A stretch of 55,092 nucleotides of DNA. Source: Gemmatimonadota bacterium. Its GTDB lineage: Bacteria > Latescibacterota > UBA2968 > UBA8231. Position 1 is the stretch's first letter. The number at the start of each line of letters is the position of its first letter. Below the pieces are notes generated by a model, which was not told the DNA's origin, did not search any database, and was given only the letters and a program-made list of their open reading frames with translations. Shown in pieces: positions 1 to 11,791 of this stretch. Location of the stretch: positions 1-55,092 of the forward strand of contig JAYPJE010000027.1 of the NCBI GenBank assembly GCA_038128265.1, in the 5' to 3' direction. The position numbers were made by a program, and so were the translations under genes.

Positions 1-33
1 GAAAAGGCCGGCGGTCAGGCCGAGGTAATCTGA
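1..33 (+). CDS. rplO: 50S ribosomal protein L15, C-terminal fragment (truncated by window edge)
   Basis: Frame 1 reads EKAGGQAEVI*, typical of the L15 C-terminus, directly upstream of secY. Confidence 0.85.
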   Translation, partial: EKAGGQAEVI

Positions 34-40
34 GGATCTA

Positions 41-1378
41 ATGCTGCAGAGTTTTCAAAACTGCTTCAAAATACCCGAGCTGAGACAGCGCATCCTATTT
101 ACCATAGGGCTGCTGGTCGTATACCGCATCGGTGGCCAGATTACCGTTCCCGGCGTCGAGGTAAAGGTCGTCCAAGAGTTCTTCAACAACTCGGGCAATA
201 CGCTCTTCGGGCTGTACGATATGTTTGTCGGAGGCGCTTTCACGCGCGCGACCATATTTGCCCTTGGCATCATGCCCTATATCAGCGCCTCTATTATTTT
301 GCAGCTGCTGGGCGCTGTTATTCCCTACTTCCAGAAGCTTCAGCGCGAAGGGGAAGAGGGTCGTAAGAAAATAACACAGTACACCCGCTATGGGACCGTT
401 TTCCTCGCAGCCGCTCAGGCCTATGGCGTCAGCTACTTTCTCGAAACGATACGCGGTCCGGCATCCGGTCTGTCCGCCGTAGCCGATCCCGGCATTGGCT
501 TTACCCTGGAAACGATCATCACGATCACCACGGGAACGATTTTTATCATGTGGCTGGGTGAGCAGATTACCGAGCGCGGCATAGGCAACGGTATATCGCT
601 GATCATTTTCATCGGTATTATAGCCGAGTTGCCCAACGCCATCCGCTACGAGTACCAGCACTACTTGAACAACATTGGTTTGGGCAAGAATATCATTCAG
701 GAAATTGTTCTGGTTGGCATGATGTTCCTGGTCGTGGCGTTTGTCATCTTGCTGACGCAGGGGTTGCGCAAGATCCCCGTTCAATACGCCAAGCGCGTTG
801 TTGGGCGCAGGGTGTACGGCGGGCAAACGACGCACATTCCCCTGCGCATTAATACCGCAGGTGTTATCCCGATCATATTTGCCCAGTCTATCATGTTTCT
901 ACCGGGGACTATAACGCAGCTCTTTCCCGATAGCGAGTTTCTGCAGAGCATTGGCGGTCTGTTTTCTACTGAGTCGGTGGTTTACTGGACGATATACGGT
1001 CTCATGATCGTCTTCTTCACCTACTTCTACACCGCCATCGTCATGGACCCCAATCAGCTGGCCGACAATATGAAGAAGCACGGCGGCTTTATTCCCGGCA
1101 TTCGACCGGGGCCGCGCACGGCGCAGTACATTGACGGCATCATGACGAGGATAACGCTGCCTGGCTCGATCGCCCTAGCGGCCGTTGCGATCTTCCCCTT
1201 CTTTGTCATACAGCAGTTTAAGGTGCACCCTTCGTTTGCTCAGTTTTTTGGCGGCACCGGTTTGCTGATCATAGTTGGCGTGGCCTTGGATACGTTGCAG
1301 CAAATTGAGTCCCAGTTAATGACCCGCCACTACGAGGGGTTTATGAAGAGGGGACGCATACAAGGACGTCGGGGATAA
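41..1378 (+). CDS. secY: Preprotein translocase subunit SecY
   Basis: Motifs [70 protein letters not shown]; about 10 TM segments. Confidence 0.99.
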   Translation: MLQSFQNCFKIPELRQRILFTIGLLVVYRIGGQITVPGVEVKVVQEFFNNSGNTLFGLYDMFVGGAFTRATIFALGIMPYISASIILQLLGAVIPYFQKLQREGEEGRKKITQYTRYGTVFLAAAQAYGVSYFLETIRGPASGLSAVADPGIGFTLETIITITTGTIFIMWLGEQITERGIGNGISLIIFIGIIAELPNAIRYEYQHYLNNIGLGKNIIQEIVLVGMMFLVVAFVILLTQGLRKIPVQYAKRVVGRRVYGGQTTHIPLRINTAGVIPIIFAQSIMFLPGTITQLFPDSEFLQSIGGLFSTESVVYWTIYGLMIVFFTYFYTAIVMDPNQLADNMKKHGGFIPGIRPGPRTAQYIDGIMTRITLPGSIALAAVAIFPFFVIQQFKVHPSFAQFFGGTGLLIIVGVALDTLQQIESQLMTRHYEGFMKRGRIQGRRG

Positions 1379-1403
1379 TCCCGCTTTTTGTTGGAGTAAT
1401 ATT

Positions 1404-1520
1404 GTGAAAGTCAAAGCATCTGTTAGCAAGCGCTGCCCTGAGTGTAAGATCATTCGCCGACACGGGGTTGTGCGCGTGATTTGCAAGCGCAATCCGCGTC
1501 ACAAACAGAGACAAGGATGA
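1404..1520 (+). CDS. rpmJ: 50S ribosomal protein L36 (38 aa, zinc-binding form; absent from the ORF track)
   Basis: GTG start with GGAG upstream; translates [38 protein letters not shown]. Confidence 0.98.
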   Translation: MKVKASVSKRCPECKIIRRHGVVRVICKRNPRHKQRQG

Positions 1521-1532
1521 GGAGACCAGCCA

Positions 1533-1910
1533 TTGGCACGTATTGCAGGCGTTGATTTGCCCCGCGACAAGCGGGTAGGTATCGGACTCACCTATATTTT
1601 TGGAATTGGTCAGACCGTAGCCAAGCGCATTATTGAGCAAGCCGGTATTGATCCGCAGGTGCGCATCAATAGTTTGACGGAGGATCAGGTGAACAGCCTG
1701 CGCGCGATTATCGAGACCAACTACAAGGTCGAAGGTAGCTTGCGCGGTGAAATTACCATGAACGTCAAGCGCCTGATGGATATCGGAAGCTATAAAGGCC
1801 TGCGGCATCGCCGCGGTCTTCCAGCCAACGGCCAGCGCACGAAGACCAATGCGCGCACTCGCAAGGGACCTCGTCGTGCCATTGCGGGCAAGAAAAAAGC
1901 GCCGAGATAA
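1533..1910 (+). CDS. rpsM: 30S ribosomal protein S13
   Basis: [44 protein letters not shown] start. Confidence 0.99.
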   Translation: MARIAGVDLPRDKRVGIGLTYIFGIGQTVAKRIIEQAGIDPQVRINSLTEDQVNSLRAIIETNYKVEGSLRGEITMNVKRLMDIGSYKGLRHRRGLPANGQRTKTNARTRKGPRRAIAGKKKAPR

Positions 1911-1937
1911 TAACAGCTAAGAACGAGGATAACGCAT

Positions 1938-2327
1938 TTGCCACCCGAAAGACGCAGAAGACGCAAGAAGTCAAAGCAGGTAGAGGCCGTGGGCGTCGCC
2001 CACATTCTCGCTACCTTCAACAATACGATTATCACGCTGACCGATCCTGAGGGCAATGTGATATCATGGGCTACACCCGGCAAGATGAGCATTAAGGGGA
2101 GCCGCAAGTCGACCCCGTTTGCCGGTCAGATCGCCGCTGAGAAGGCCGCACAGGAGGCGATGAGCATGGGGTTGCGCCGCGTCGAAGTGTGGGTCAAAGG
2201 ACCCGGGGTCGGCCGTGAGTCCGCCATTCGAGCGCTGCAGAATGCGGGGCTGGAGATTTCGGCCATCCGCGATGTGACGCCCATTCCCCACAACGGCTGT
2301 CGTCCGCCCAAGCGTCGCAGGGTTTAG
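1938..2327 (+). CDS. rpsK: 30S ribosomal protein S11
   Basis: [49 protein letters not shown]. Confidence 0.99.
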   Translation: MPPERRRRRKKSKQVEAVGVAHILATFNNTIITLTDPEGNVISWATPGKMSIKGSRKSTPFAGQIAAEKAAQEAMSMGLRRVEVWVKGPGVGRESAIRALQNAGLEISAIRDVTPIPHNGCRPPKRRRV

Positions 2328-2341
2328 AGGAGAATATTGGT

Positions 2342-2968
2342 ATGAGCAGATATACGGGACCCAACTGCCGCTACTGTCGGCGCGAAGGTGCGAAGCTCTT
2401 TTTGAAGGGCGAGCGGTGCAATTTGGAGAAGTGCTCCTTTGAGCGTCGCAGCTATGCCCCCGGGCAGCACGGCCAGGGCTTGCGTCGCAAACAGTCCGAC
2501 TACAGCGTCCAGCTGCGTGCAAAGCAAAAGCTGTCTCGCCTGTATGGCGTGCGCGAGGGCCAGTTCCGCGGTTACTACAAGGAGTCCACGCGCGTGCCCG
2601 GTGTTAGCGGTGAAAACCTGCTGCGCCTGTTGGAAAGCCGCCTCGACAATGTGGTTTACCGCCTCGGCTTTGCCGCATCGCGCAAAGCGGCCCGGCAGCT
2701 GGTGCGCCACAACCATATTTTTGTGAACGGTTCCCGCGTTAACATCCCCTCTTATCTGACGAGGGTTGGCGATGCGATTACGGTGGCTGAGTCAAGTCGC
2801 CAGTTGGAGGCGATTCACGAGTCGCTGCGTCGTTCCAGAGAAACCGTGCCCTGGCTGTCTGTCGACAAAGTCAATCTTCAGGGCTCAGTCGTCGAAACCC
2901 CCAGTCGCGAAGATATTCCGACGATTGCGGAAGAACAACTAGTCATCGAGTTCTATTCTCGCGTTTAG
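2342..2968 (+). CDS. rpsD: 30S ribosomal protein S4
   Basis: CRYCRREG..LFLKGERC, PGQHG, LLESRLDNVVYRLGFA, ARQLVRH. Confidence 0.99.
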   Translation: MSRYTGPNCRYCRREGAKLFLKGERCNLEKCSFERRSYAPGQHGQGLRRKQSDYSVQLRAKQKLSRLYGVREGQFRGYYKESTRVPGVSGENLLRLLESRLDNVVYRLGFAASRKAARQLVRHNHIFVNGSRVNIPSYLTRVGDAITVAESSRQLEAIHESLRRSRETVPWLSVDKVNLQGSVVETPSREDIPTIAEEQLVIEFYSRV

Positions 2969-3020
2969 AACGGCGAGAATCGTAGAAAATCTCTCCTCAT
3001 TCCAGGGAGCAAGGGGCTAT

Positions 3021-4037
3021 ATGAAGTTAGAAGGTCTCCAGATGCCGAGGCTGGTGGAAATCGAAAAGGAAAGCTTGAACGAGAACTACGGCAAGTTTGT
3101 CGTACAGCCGCTCGAGCGGGGGTTTGGCGTTACCTTAGGTCATTCTCTGCGGCGTATCCTCCTTTCGTCCATCCAGGGTGCTGCGATAAAACAAGTCAAT
3201 ATTCAGGGTGTTCAGCACGAATTCTCCGTTGTCGAAGGGGTTCGCGAAGACATCCCCGAAGTCATACTGAATCTCAAGGAAGTAGCGCTGCGTTATAACG
3301 GCGATGAAGACAGGGTGCTGCGCATCGAGAAGACCGGTGCTGGCGCGCTGCAAGCTAGTGATCTAGCCGTCGATCCCAACGTGCAGATTATGAATCCAGA
3401 CCTGCACATCGCTACGTTGGACGAAGGGGCTACCCTGACGATGGAATTGACCGTCGGCCAGGGGCGCGGCTATCGCTTTGCGGAAGAGAACAAGGTGCCC
3501 GACCAGCCCATTGGCTCGGTGCCCATTGACAGCTCTTTTTCTCCGGTTACTCAGGTTAAGTACGATACTGAAAACGCGCGCGTTGGTCGTCGCACCGACT
3601 ACGACCGCCTGACGCTGGAAGTGTGGACCGATGGCTCGGTCAATCCAGAGGATGCGCTGGCTCAGGCCGCGAAGATCCTCACGGAGCACTTGAGCCTCTT
3701 TATCAACTTTGAAGAAGAAGCCGAAGAGGCTGAAGAAAAAGAGGTTGATGAGGAGACCAAGCGCGTTGCCCGTCTGTTGGCTATGCCCGTCGAGGAGTTG
3801 GAACTATCCGTTCGCTCGGCCAACTGCTTGCGCGCTGCCGGCATTACGCATTTGCGTGAACTCGTGGGACGCAGCGAAGCCGAAATGCTCAAGTACCGCA
3901 ATTTTGGCCGCAAGTCGCTCAACGAGCTGGGAGAAATCTTGGACTCGCTCAGACTGAACTGGGGAATGGATTTGGCGCCCTACGAAAACGTGGAAGTTGA
4001 CGAAGAGGCCGTCAATCCGCTCGCAGAGGAATTCTAA
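3021..4037 (+). CDS. rpoA: DNA-directed RNA polymerase subunit alpha
   Basis: PLERGFGVTLG.SLRRILLSS, RVGRRTDYDRL, alpha-CTD LELSVRSANCL and NFGRKSL. Confidence 0.99.
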   Translation: MKLEGLQMPRLVEIEKESLNENYGKFVVQPLERGFGVTLGHSLRRILLSSIQGAAIKQVNIQGVQHEFSVVEGVREDIPEVILNLKEVALRYNGDEDRVLRIEKTGAGALQASDLAVDPNVQIMNPDLHIATLDEGATLTMELTVGQGRGYRFAEENKVPDQPIGSVPIDSSFSPVTQVKYDTENARVGRRTDYDRLTLEVWTDGSVNPEDALAQAAKILTEHLSLFINFEEEAEEAEEKEVDEETKRVARLLAMPVEELELSVRSANCLRAAGITHLRELVGRSEAEMLKYRNFGRKSLNELGEILDSLRLNWGMDLAPYENVEVDEEAVNPLAEEF

Positions 4038-4058
4038 GCGTAGATTGAAAGAAAAAAG

Positions 4059-4481
4059 ATGAGACACGGAAAGAAAATAGCTAAGCTGGGCCGTCGCGCC
4101 TCGCATCGCAAAGCGATGATGGCGAATATGGTAACCTCGCTGCTGGCGGGGGAGCGCATTACGACGACGCACACCCGCGCTAAGGAACTGCGTCGCTCGA
4201 CTGAGCACATGATTACCTTTGCCAAGCGCGGTGACCTCCACGCACGCCGTCAGGTGTTGCGCTTTGTTGCGGACAAGCAAGTTGTAGCCAAGCTCTTCGA
4301 CGAGCTGGGGCCTCGCTATAAGGGACGCAATGGTGGCTATACTCGGATCGTTAAGCTGGGCCCGCGCCGCGGCGACGGCACTTTTATGAGCATCATAGAG
4401 CTCGTCGATCGTCCGGGAGCGGCCGCAGCCGCCGACAGCGCTTCAGACGGCAGCGCAACAGAGGATGCCGCTGAAGAATAG
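4059..4481 (+). CDS. rplQ: 50S ribosomal protein L17
   Basis: [34 protein letters not shown]. Confidence 0.99.
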   Translation: MRHGKKIAKLGRRASHRKAMMANMVTSLLAGERITTTHTRAKELRRSTEHMITFAKRGDLHARRQVLRFVADKQVVAKLFDELGPRYKGRNGGYTRIVKLGPRRGDGTFMSIIELVDRPGAAAAADSASDGSATEDAAEE

Positions 4482-4505
4482 AGCGCGTCATAGAAGCGAA
4501 CATGG

Positions 4506-4549
4506 ACAAACGGGGCGAGATTCGATTCTCGTCCCGTTTGTTTTGTTTT
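4506..4549 (+). terminator. Intrinsic terminator after the alpha operon
   Basis: 15-bp stem acaaacggggcgaga / tctcgtcccgtttgt (one G-U pair), 6-nt loop, followed by TTTGTTTT. Confidence 0.85.
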
Positions 4550-4567
4550 ACGTATGGGAAATGACGG

Positions 4568-5923
4568 ATGAAGCGCGGTGATATCATAACGGTGGATATA
4601 AGTGAGATCGACTCTAAGGGAGACGGGCGCGGCTTCGTCGAAGAGCGCGAAGTGGTTGTCCGTCGCGCGGTGCCGGGTGATCGCGTCGAGGCGCGTATCG
4701 CCAAGAAGCGCCGTGGCCGTCTCAATGCCGATATGGTTCGTCTTGTGGACTGTGCCATGGAGCGGACGGAGCCTGTATGTGCCCACTTTGGCCTTTGCGG
4801 GGGCTGCCGCTGGCAGGATGTTCACTATGCGGATCAGCTGCGGATCAAGGAGCAAATGGTCCGTAATGCGCTGGTTGGACAGGGTTTTGCCGACGTAGAA
4901 ATACCGCCTGCGATTGCAGTAGACGCGCCGTATTTCTACCGCAATAAAATGGAATTTTCATTTGGTAGCGATAGAGAGGGACGCGTGCAGTTGGGGCTGC
5001 ACGTGCGCGGTCGATTTAATCGAATATTTGACGTGGAAGAATGCCATCTCCAATCGCCGCTGTCCAACCGCATCGTAGGCGTTGTGCGCAGCGCGGCGAA
5101 TGATATGGGACTCAGCGCGTATAATCTGAAAACGCACGAGGGGTTGTTGCGATTTTTGGTTATTCGCGATGCCAAAAACAGCGGTCAGACTCTGGTAAAT
5201 CTGGTCGTATCATCCTATCCCGACGAAGGCGTTGATCAGCTGGTTGAGCACCTCATACGCGAAGTGCCGGAACTCGACTCTCTAGTGGTTACGCTGCACA
5301 GCGGCAAGGCCCAGGTAGCAAAGGGCGAGCGCGAGTTTGTCATATCGGGAGGTGGTGCTATTGAAGAATCCTGCGGAGGAATTCGCTTTGATATTTCGCC
5401 ACAGTCCTTTTTTCAGACCAATTCGCTGCAGGCCGAACGGCTGTATGCGCTTATTCGTGAATGGGCGGGCAATCAGCTGGGCCGCGTATTGGACCTATAC
5501 TGTGGAACGGGGTCGATCGGCCTGCACCTGGCGCCGCTGGCCAACGAGGTCGTGGGGATCGAGGTAGTAGAAGAAGCAGTGGCCGATGCCCGTATCAACG
5601 CCGAGCGCAATGGCGTGCACAACTGTTCCTTTATTGCCGGTGCGGCCGAAGACGTGTTAAACGATGTGGAAGCGCAGCGGGGAGCATTTGACTTGGTCGT
5701 TGTCGATCCTCCGCGCCCGGGATTGCACCGAAAAGTATTGGACGCCCTGGGACGCATGCAGGCTGCACGCCTCCTATATGTATCGTGTAATCCGCAAACG
5801 TTAGCAGAGAACGTTCTCGTGCTGCGCGAATACGGCTATGCAATTGAGCGCGTTCAGCCGGTCGATATGTTTCCACAAACGCCGCACTGCGAGGTCGTGT
5901 GCGAATTGGTAAAACTTGACTAA
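4568..5923 (+). CDS. rlmD: 23S rRNA (uracil-C5)-methyltransferase, RlmD/TrmA family
   Basis: N-terminal TRAM domain, Fe-S motif CAHFGLCGGC, YRNKMEF, SFFQTN, LDLYCGTG, VDPPRPG, catalytic YVSCNP, DMFPQT. Confidence 0.95.
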   Translation: MKRGDIITVDISEIDSKGDGRGFVEEREVVVRRAVPGDRVEARIAKKRRGRLNADMVRLVDCAMERTEPVCAHFGLCGGCRWQDVHYADQLRIKEQMVRNALVGQGFADVEIPPAIAVDAPYFYRNKMEFSFGSDREGRVQLGLHVRGRFNRIFDVEECHLQSPLSNRIVGVVRSAANDMGLSAYNLKTHEGLLRFLVIRDAKNSGQTLVNLVVSSYPDEGVDQLVEHLIREVPELDSLVVTLHSGKAQVAKGEREFVISGGGAIEESCGGIRFDISPQSFFQTNSLQAERLYALIREWAGNQLGRVLDLYCGTGSIGLHLAPLANEVVGIEVVEEAVADARINAERNGVHNCSFIAGAAEDVLNDVEAQRGAFDLVVVDPPRPGLHRKVLDALGRMQAARLLYVSCNPQTLAENVLVLREYGYAIERVQPVDMFPQTPHCEVVCELVKLD

Positions 5924-5993
5924 ACGGTAGACATTCGGTATCGTAGCAAAAATTGGCTTATAAAAATGCCCTGATAGCCTTCTCTATAAACAC

Positions 5994-7406
5994 ATGGAAG
6001 AAAAAAAGAAAAAGCCGCTGTCGGATGCTCGACGCGCCGAACTGAAGAAAGCAAAGTTAAAAAAGGCGAAGAGTGCCGCTGCAGGAGTGTCTACTGCCCC
6101 TGATAGCGAGGCAGAGAAAGCGCCCTTTTCCACGGTTGAAGTATTTATCAAGCCGGGGAAGATGCAGCCGCTCTTTGCGGCATTTCGCAGTGTAGAAGTC
6201 CTCTGTGACTTGATTCGCCCACGCATGCTAACGGAGTCTGTCGAACACGGCCGTGGCCGCGGAGCGATATGTAACTTTGCCTTTCGCAAGTTTAAGGACC
6301 AGCCCAAAGCCGTATTCTTCGTTACTTCTCCGAAAGGCGTGGCCGGCGGTAGCTTTGAGCCGACCGATCGCTTACTCAAACCCGGAGAGCCGCTGCAGCT
6401 GAGCTACACGGTTGAAGTCGAAGGGGCGACTCGCCCGGTCTACTTTGTCGGCAAGGCCTATTTCTTGCGCAAGAGTTTCTATGTCGCAGAAAGTCCAGAC
6501 AACCCCGAGAAACCGTGGGTTGGACCGCGCGAAGAGGCACAGGAAAAGCTGCCCAAGGATGTCTTTGTCCGCGGTGAAGACATCATCGAGGTTCGCGTCG
6601 ATAGCGTGACATCTATGCCCAACGGGCCGGGCAGCATACGGCGCGACGTATTGGAGCGCTACCTGAGCAATGCGCAGCTCTACTGCATTCCCGGCGGGGG
6701 AGGGTGGGCGCAGCGCAGCACGCAGGGCCCCTTTTTCAAGAGCATTCGCGATCCACTCGACAAGTATATCGAACAGAGAGGCGTCAAGCACATCGAAAAC
6801 GTAACCCTCGATGAATTGGGCAACCTGGGCGATGTGAACCTGCTGATTAAGGAAGAATTGCTGGCCAATATTGAGCACGACAAAGTGCTTCAGGTTATGG
6901 TCTCTAAGCCCAACGAATACCTGCGCGAAATCAATACGATCGTTGGTTTCTTGCTCTATTTCAGGATTACCGAAGAGGTAAAAGAAGGGCTAATGCGCAC
7001 GTTTAATAAAAAGGTGGGCAAAGAAGACGAGGTGTACCTGCCGCTGATATTGGAGCGCGTCGCCGACTCCAAAGAGCAGTACCGCGTGACATTCCGCGTC
7101 TTCCCGCGCGATCTAATAGAGGATCGTTCGCGCAACAATATGGAGCGCGGCCTGCAGTTTATGCCGCCCTATACGTTGCATCCAGGTTCGGAAAACCAAA
7201 ACACCTATAGCAAATTGCTCATTGCGCTGAGCCAGCGTTTTCGCGAGGACGAAAAACCCGAAGAGGAAAAGCTAAAAAGCGAGAAATTAGTGGCTTCTGT
7301 GCAGAGCCGAATCGCCGAGCAGAAGCACAAATTTACCGACGAAAAAATCCGTTCCGCGTTCCAGGATCGGGTGGCTGCAAAGAAGAGGAAGGAAGACGAC
7401 GAATAA
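5994..7406 (+). CDS. Hypothetical cytoplasmic protein (470 aa), possibly a degenerate YcgR/PilZ-like fold
   Basis: Long ORF with natural composition, Lys-rich N-terminus and charged helical C-terminus. No clear family motif; only a weak PilZN/PilZ-like pattern. Confidence 0.8.
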   Translation: MEEKKKKPLSDARRAELKKAKLKKAKSAAAGVSTAPDSEAEKAPFSTVEVFIKPGKMQPLFAAFRSVEVLCDLIRPRMLTESVEHGRGRGAICNFAFRKFKDQPKAVFFVTSPKGVAGGSFEPTDRLLKPGEPLQLSYTVEVEGATRPVYFVGKAYFLRKSFYVAESPDNPEKPWVGPREEAQEKLPKDVFVRGEDIIEVRVDSVTSMPNGPGSIRRDVLERYLSNAQLYCIPGGGGWAQRSTQGPFFKSIRDPLDKYIEQRGVKHIENVTLDELGNLGDVNLLIKEELLANIEHDKVLQVMVSKPNEYLREINTIVGFLLYFRITEEVKEGLMRTFNKKVGKEDEVYLPLILERVADSKEQYRVTFRVFPRDLIEDRSRNNMERGLQFMPPYTLHPGSENQNTYSKLLIALSQRFREDEKPEEEKLKSEKLVASVQSRIAEQKHKFTDEKIRSAFQDRVAAKKRKEDDE

Positions 7407-7489
7407 ATAACGCCGTTGAGTCCCGTGGGCGTTTGTGCGGCATATAGGAAGAGATCTGCATCGGCTAAGAGGGCCGTTTGCGCATACAA

Positions 7490-7537
7490 TAAAAAGGGAG
7501 CGCTCGAATCTACCGTTCGAACGCTCCTATTTTTTTT
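7490..7537. terminator. Probable bidirectional terminator between the convergent hypothetical genes
   Basis: Stem ggagcg-c-tcgaa / ttcga-a-cgctcc (7497-7527; the mismatch is G-U on the minus strand), flanked by an A-tract and a T-tract. Confidence 0.7.
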
Positions 7538-9062
7538 CCGGCTCTTTTTGGCCTTCCGGTTCTTTGCGCTTGCGACGCCTGCGCTTGCCACCCGCTCCAC
7601 TCGACATGCTCTGGTTTTCCAAATAGCCGTACAGCTGACTAAGGTGGCTATGAACGGTTTTGAAGTGCTCGTTGTCGCGAATATATCGGCTGTAACGCCA
7701 GTCTATTGGATCGTCTTTGGCAAGGGGAATACCCTGTGCCTCGTAGCAGAATTGCAGCCCGTGCTGTAAGACCGTGCGTTCACCCGCTTGAACCAGGTGC
7801 GTGCGGACAACCTGTGCGAGAATGCTGACCTTGAACGGCAGTTCGGGTTTAAAGCGCTGAACGGCATCCGGGAAGTGGAGTTTGGGATAAAACGTGAGGT
7901 GGATCATGGAATTCTGCAGCTCGTTTAAGGCCTCTGTCCATTGATCGCTGGTAAACTCCGTTTCTTTCTTCACCCCGTCCGGGCATTTGTCTCCGAGGAT
8001 AAACTTGAGAAAATCTGCGTTGCTCTCTACGAGGGCCCCGCCGACGCTATAGTCGACCAGGTCGAGCTTGAGTCCGAATTCGGGGCGAGGGAACTCAATC
8101 GGTCTGACTGTTTCGTTCTGGGTGCGGGCGTCCATCACCTCGACCAGCATCTGGTAGTATTCGCGGTTGTGGACAAAGTTGGTAATGACTTTTTCGCCTG
8201 GCTTCATGCTGAAGGGGTTTTCTTTGCCCTTCTTGAGTGCCGCTTTGGCCGACTTCTTCAGGTAGAGCACATCGCGCAGCGACTCCATCTCTAAGCCGAG
8301 TAGATTTAGCTGGCCCAGCAGCAACTCTTCGTCCTTGCGTTTGACGAGGCTGGTCGAGTCATCTCGCTCTATTTTGCTTGCATACACCAAGCGCTCGTGC
8401 GGCTGCTTTTTGAGCATGATTGCACGAAAGTCGTTGATGGCGTCGCGCGTTTGAAACGGCTGGTTTTCGTCTTCTGGAGAGGAGAAATCGATTGGCGTAA
8501 TGTCCTTGAGCATTACGGGCGGGGCCCCTTCTTCGGGAAAGGTCTGATCCGTTTTGCGCACGTACAGGTCAAAGCCAATATGCGTCGTAAGCGGTATGCG
8601 CGAATCGCCGTAGTTTTTCAGCGTATAGCGAAAGAACTGCCGCTTGTCCTGTTTTTTCAGGGTGCTAGTAGGGACCAGTTTGTAGGCAGATTTGGCGTTG
8701 AAATCGAGCGTTTCAACAATCTCTGGCAGCATGCGAAAGCGCCCGATAATCTTGCAATCCAAGCTATAGGGAATGCGCTTATTCATGAACTGCAGCGAGA
8801 CGTACTGTGCCGTTAAATTCTGGTCTTTGGCTATTTTTAGGTTGTCTGGGGTAGTCAGATACAGATGGCTGCCTTCGGTATAGAGTTTTTTCTCACGGCG
8901 CAGAAAAAAGGCTTTGCCCAACTCTTCATGCGTATCTTCGTTCTTGTCGTTAGACATCGAAACGAGCGCAGAAGGAGGGCTAAGCTCCGCAAGCTTGCTA
9001 ACTTCTTGCTGGGGACTGAAGGTCGAAGCCTGCTTTTTTCGCCCTGTCAGGAAGTCGAACAT
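7527..9062 (-). CDS. Hypothetical protein (511 aa) with split PilZ (c-di-GMP-binding) motifs, YcgR-like
   Basis: RQFFR (RxxxR, aa 141-145), DYSVGG (DxSxxG, aa 337-342), terminal LAQVVR...HGLQF strands and helix typical of PilZ barrels. Confidence 0.75.
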   Translation of the reverse strand: MFDFLTGRKKQASTFSPQQEVSKLAELSPPSALVSMSNDKNEDTHEELGKAFFLRREKKLYTEGSHLYLTTPDNLKIAKDQNLTAQYVSLQFMNKRIPYSLDCKIIGRFRMLPEIVETLDFNAKSAYKLVPTSTLKKQDKRQFFRYTLKNYGDSRIPLTTHIGFDLYVRKTDQTFPEEGAPPVMLKDITPIDFSSPEDENQPFQTRDAINDFRAIMLKKQPHERLVYASKIERDDSTSLVKRKDEELLLGQLNLLGLEMESLRDVLYLKKSAKAALKKGKENPFSMKPGEKVITNFVHNREYYQMLVEVMDARTQNETVRPIEFPRPEFGLKLDLVDYSVGGALVESNADFLKFILGDKCPDGVKKETEFTSDQWTEALNELQNSMIHLTFYPKLHFPDAVQRFKPELPFKVSILAQVVRTHLVQAGERTVLQHGLQFCYEAQGIPLAKDDPIDWRYSRYIRDNEHFKTVHSHLSQLYGYLENQSMSSGAGGKRRRRKRKEPEGQKEPEKK

Positions 9063-9141
9063 TTGAGAAAAAACTCCGCTCTAGATAGGCAAACGGGTGT
9101 GCCAATCACTCGAGAGTAGCGCCAATAGGTACAATAGTTCT

Positions 9142-9170
9142 ATAATATATAAAAAAACGTACTATTGCAA
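9142..9170 (-). promoter_or_regulatory. Putative sigma70 promoter of the PilZ-like gene
   Basis: Minus strand TTGCAA-N17-TATTAT in an AT-rich intergenic region. Confidence 0.55.
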
Positions 9171-9199
9171 GTGCGAATGTGGTTGTACTACAATGACAT

Positions 9200-9227
9200 A
9201 TATCGGCATTAATGGCGATCTCTTTGA
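9200..9227 (-). promoter_or_regulatory. Putative sigma28 (FliA) promoter of the PilZ-like gene
   Basis: Minus strand TCAAA-N15-GCCGATAT versus consensus TAAA-N15-GCCGATAA. Confidence 0.6.
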
Positions 9228-9236
9228 GTGGAATTG

Positions 9237-9271
9237 ATGCAAAATGTCATTGGCTCGTTGTCATAATGGCA
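9237..9271. promoter_or_regulatory. Two tandem imperfect palindromes, candidate enhancer-binding-protein sites
   Basis: ATGCA-AAA-TGTCA (9237-9249) and TGTCA-TAA-TGGCA (9259-9271), 22 bp apart, upstream of the sigma54-like site. Confidence 0.4.
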
Positions 9272-9291
9272 GGGTAGTGCTGCAAACCGTT

Positions 9292-9306
9292 GGGCACGGA
9301 TATTGC
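9292..9306 (+). promoter_or_regulatory. Putative sigma54 (-24/-12) promoter of lon
   Basis: GGGCACGGATATTGC versus consensus TGGCACGNNNNTTGC, with exact GG-N10-GC spacing. Confidence 0.7.
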
Positions 9307-9414
9307 CCTATACGCAACGGCCCGTGGAACCGATGTGAAACACGCATATTGATCTACGGGCGCGAGTGATTGCTAAAACTTAATACTAAGTGGTCTAAAA
9401 GGAAGGACATAAGG

Positions 9415-11778
<2,364 letters not shown>

Positions 11779-11791
11779 AGAGGAGCGTTCA

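Noticed and set aside
5953..5969. Possible sigma54 promoter TTGGCTTATAAAAATGC upstream of the 470-aa orphan
   Set aside because: GG to GC spacing is 11 nt, not the required 10.
7416..7769. 117-aa plus-strand ORF
   Set aside because: Mostly antisense to the 511-aa gene and spans the terminator; no family motif.
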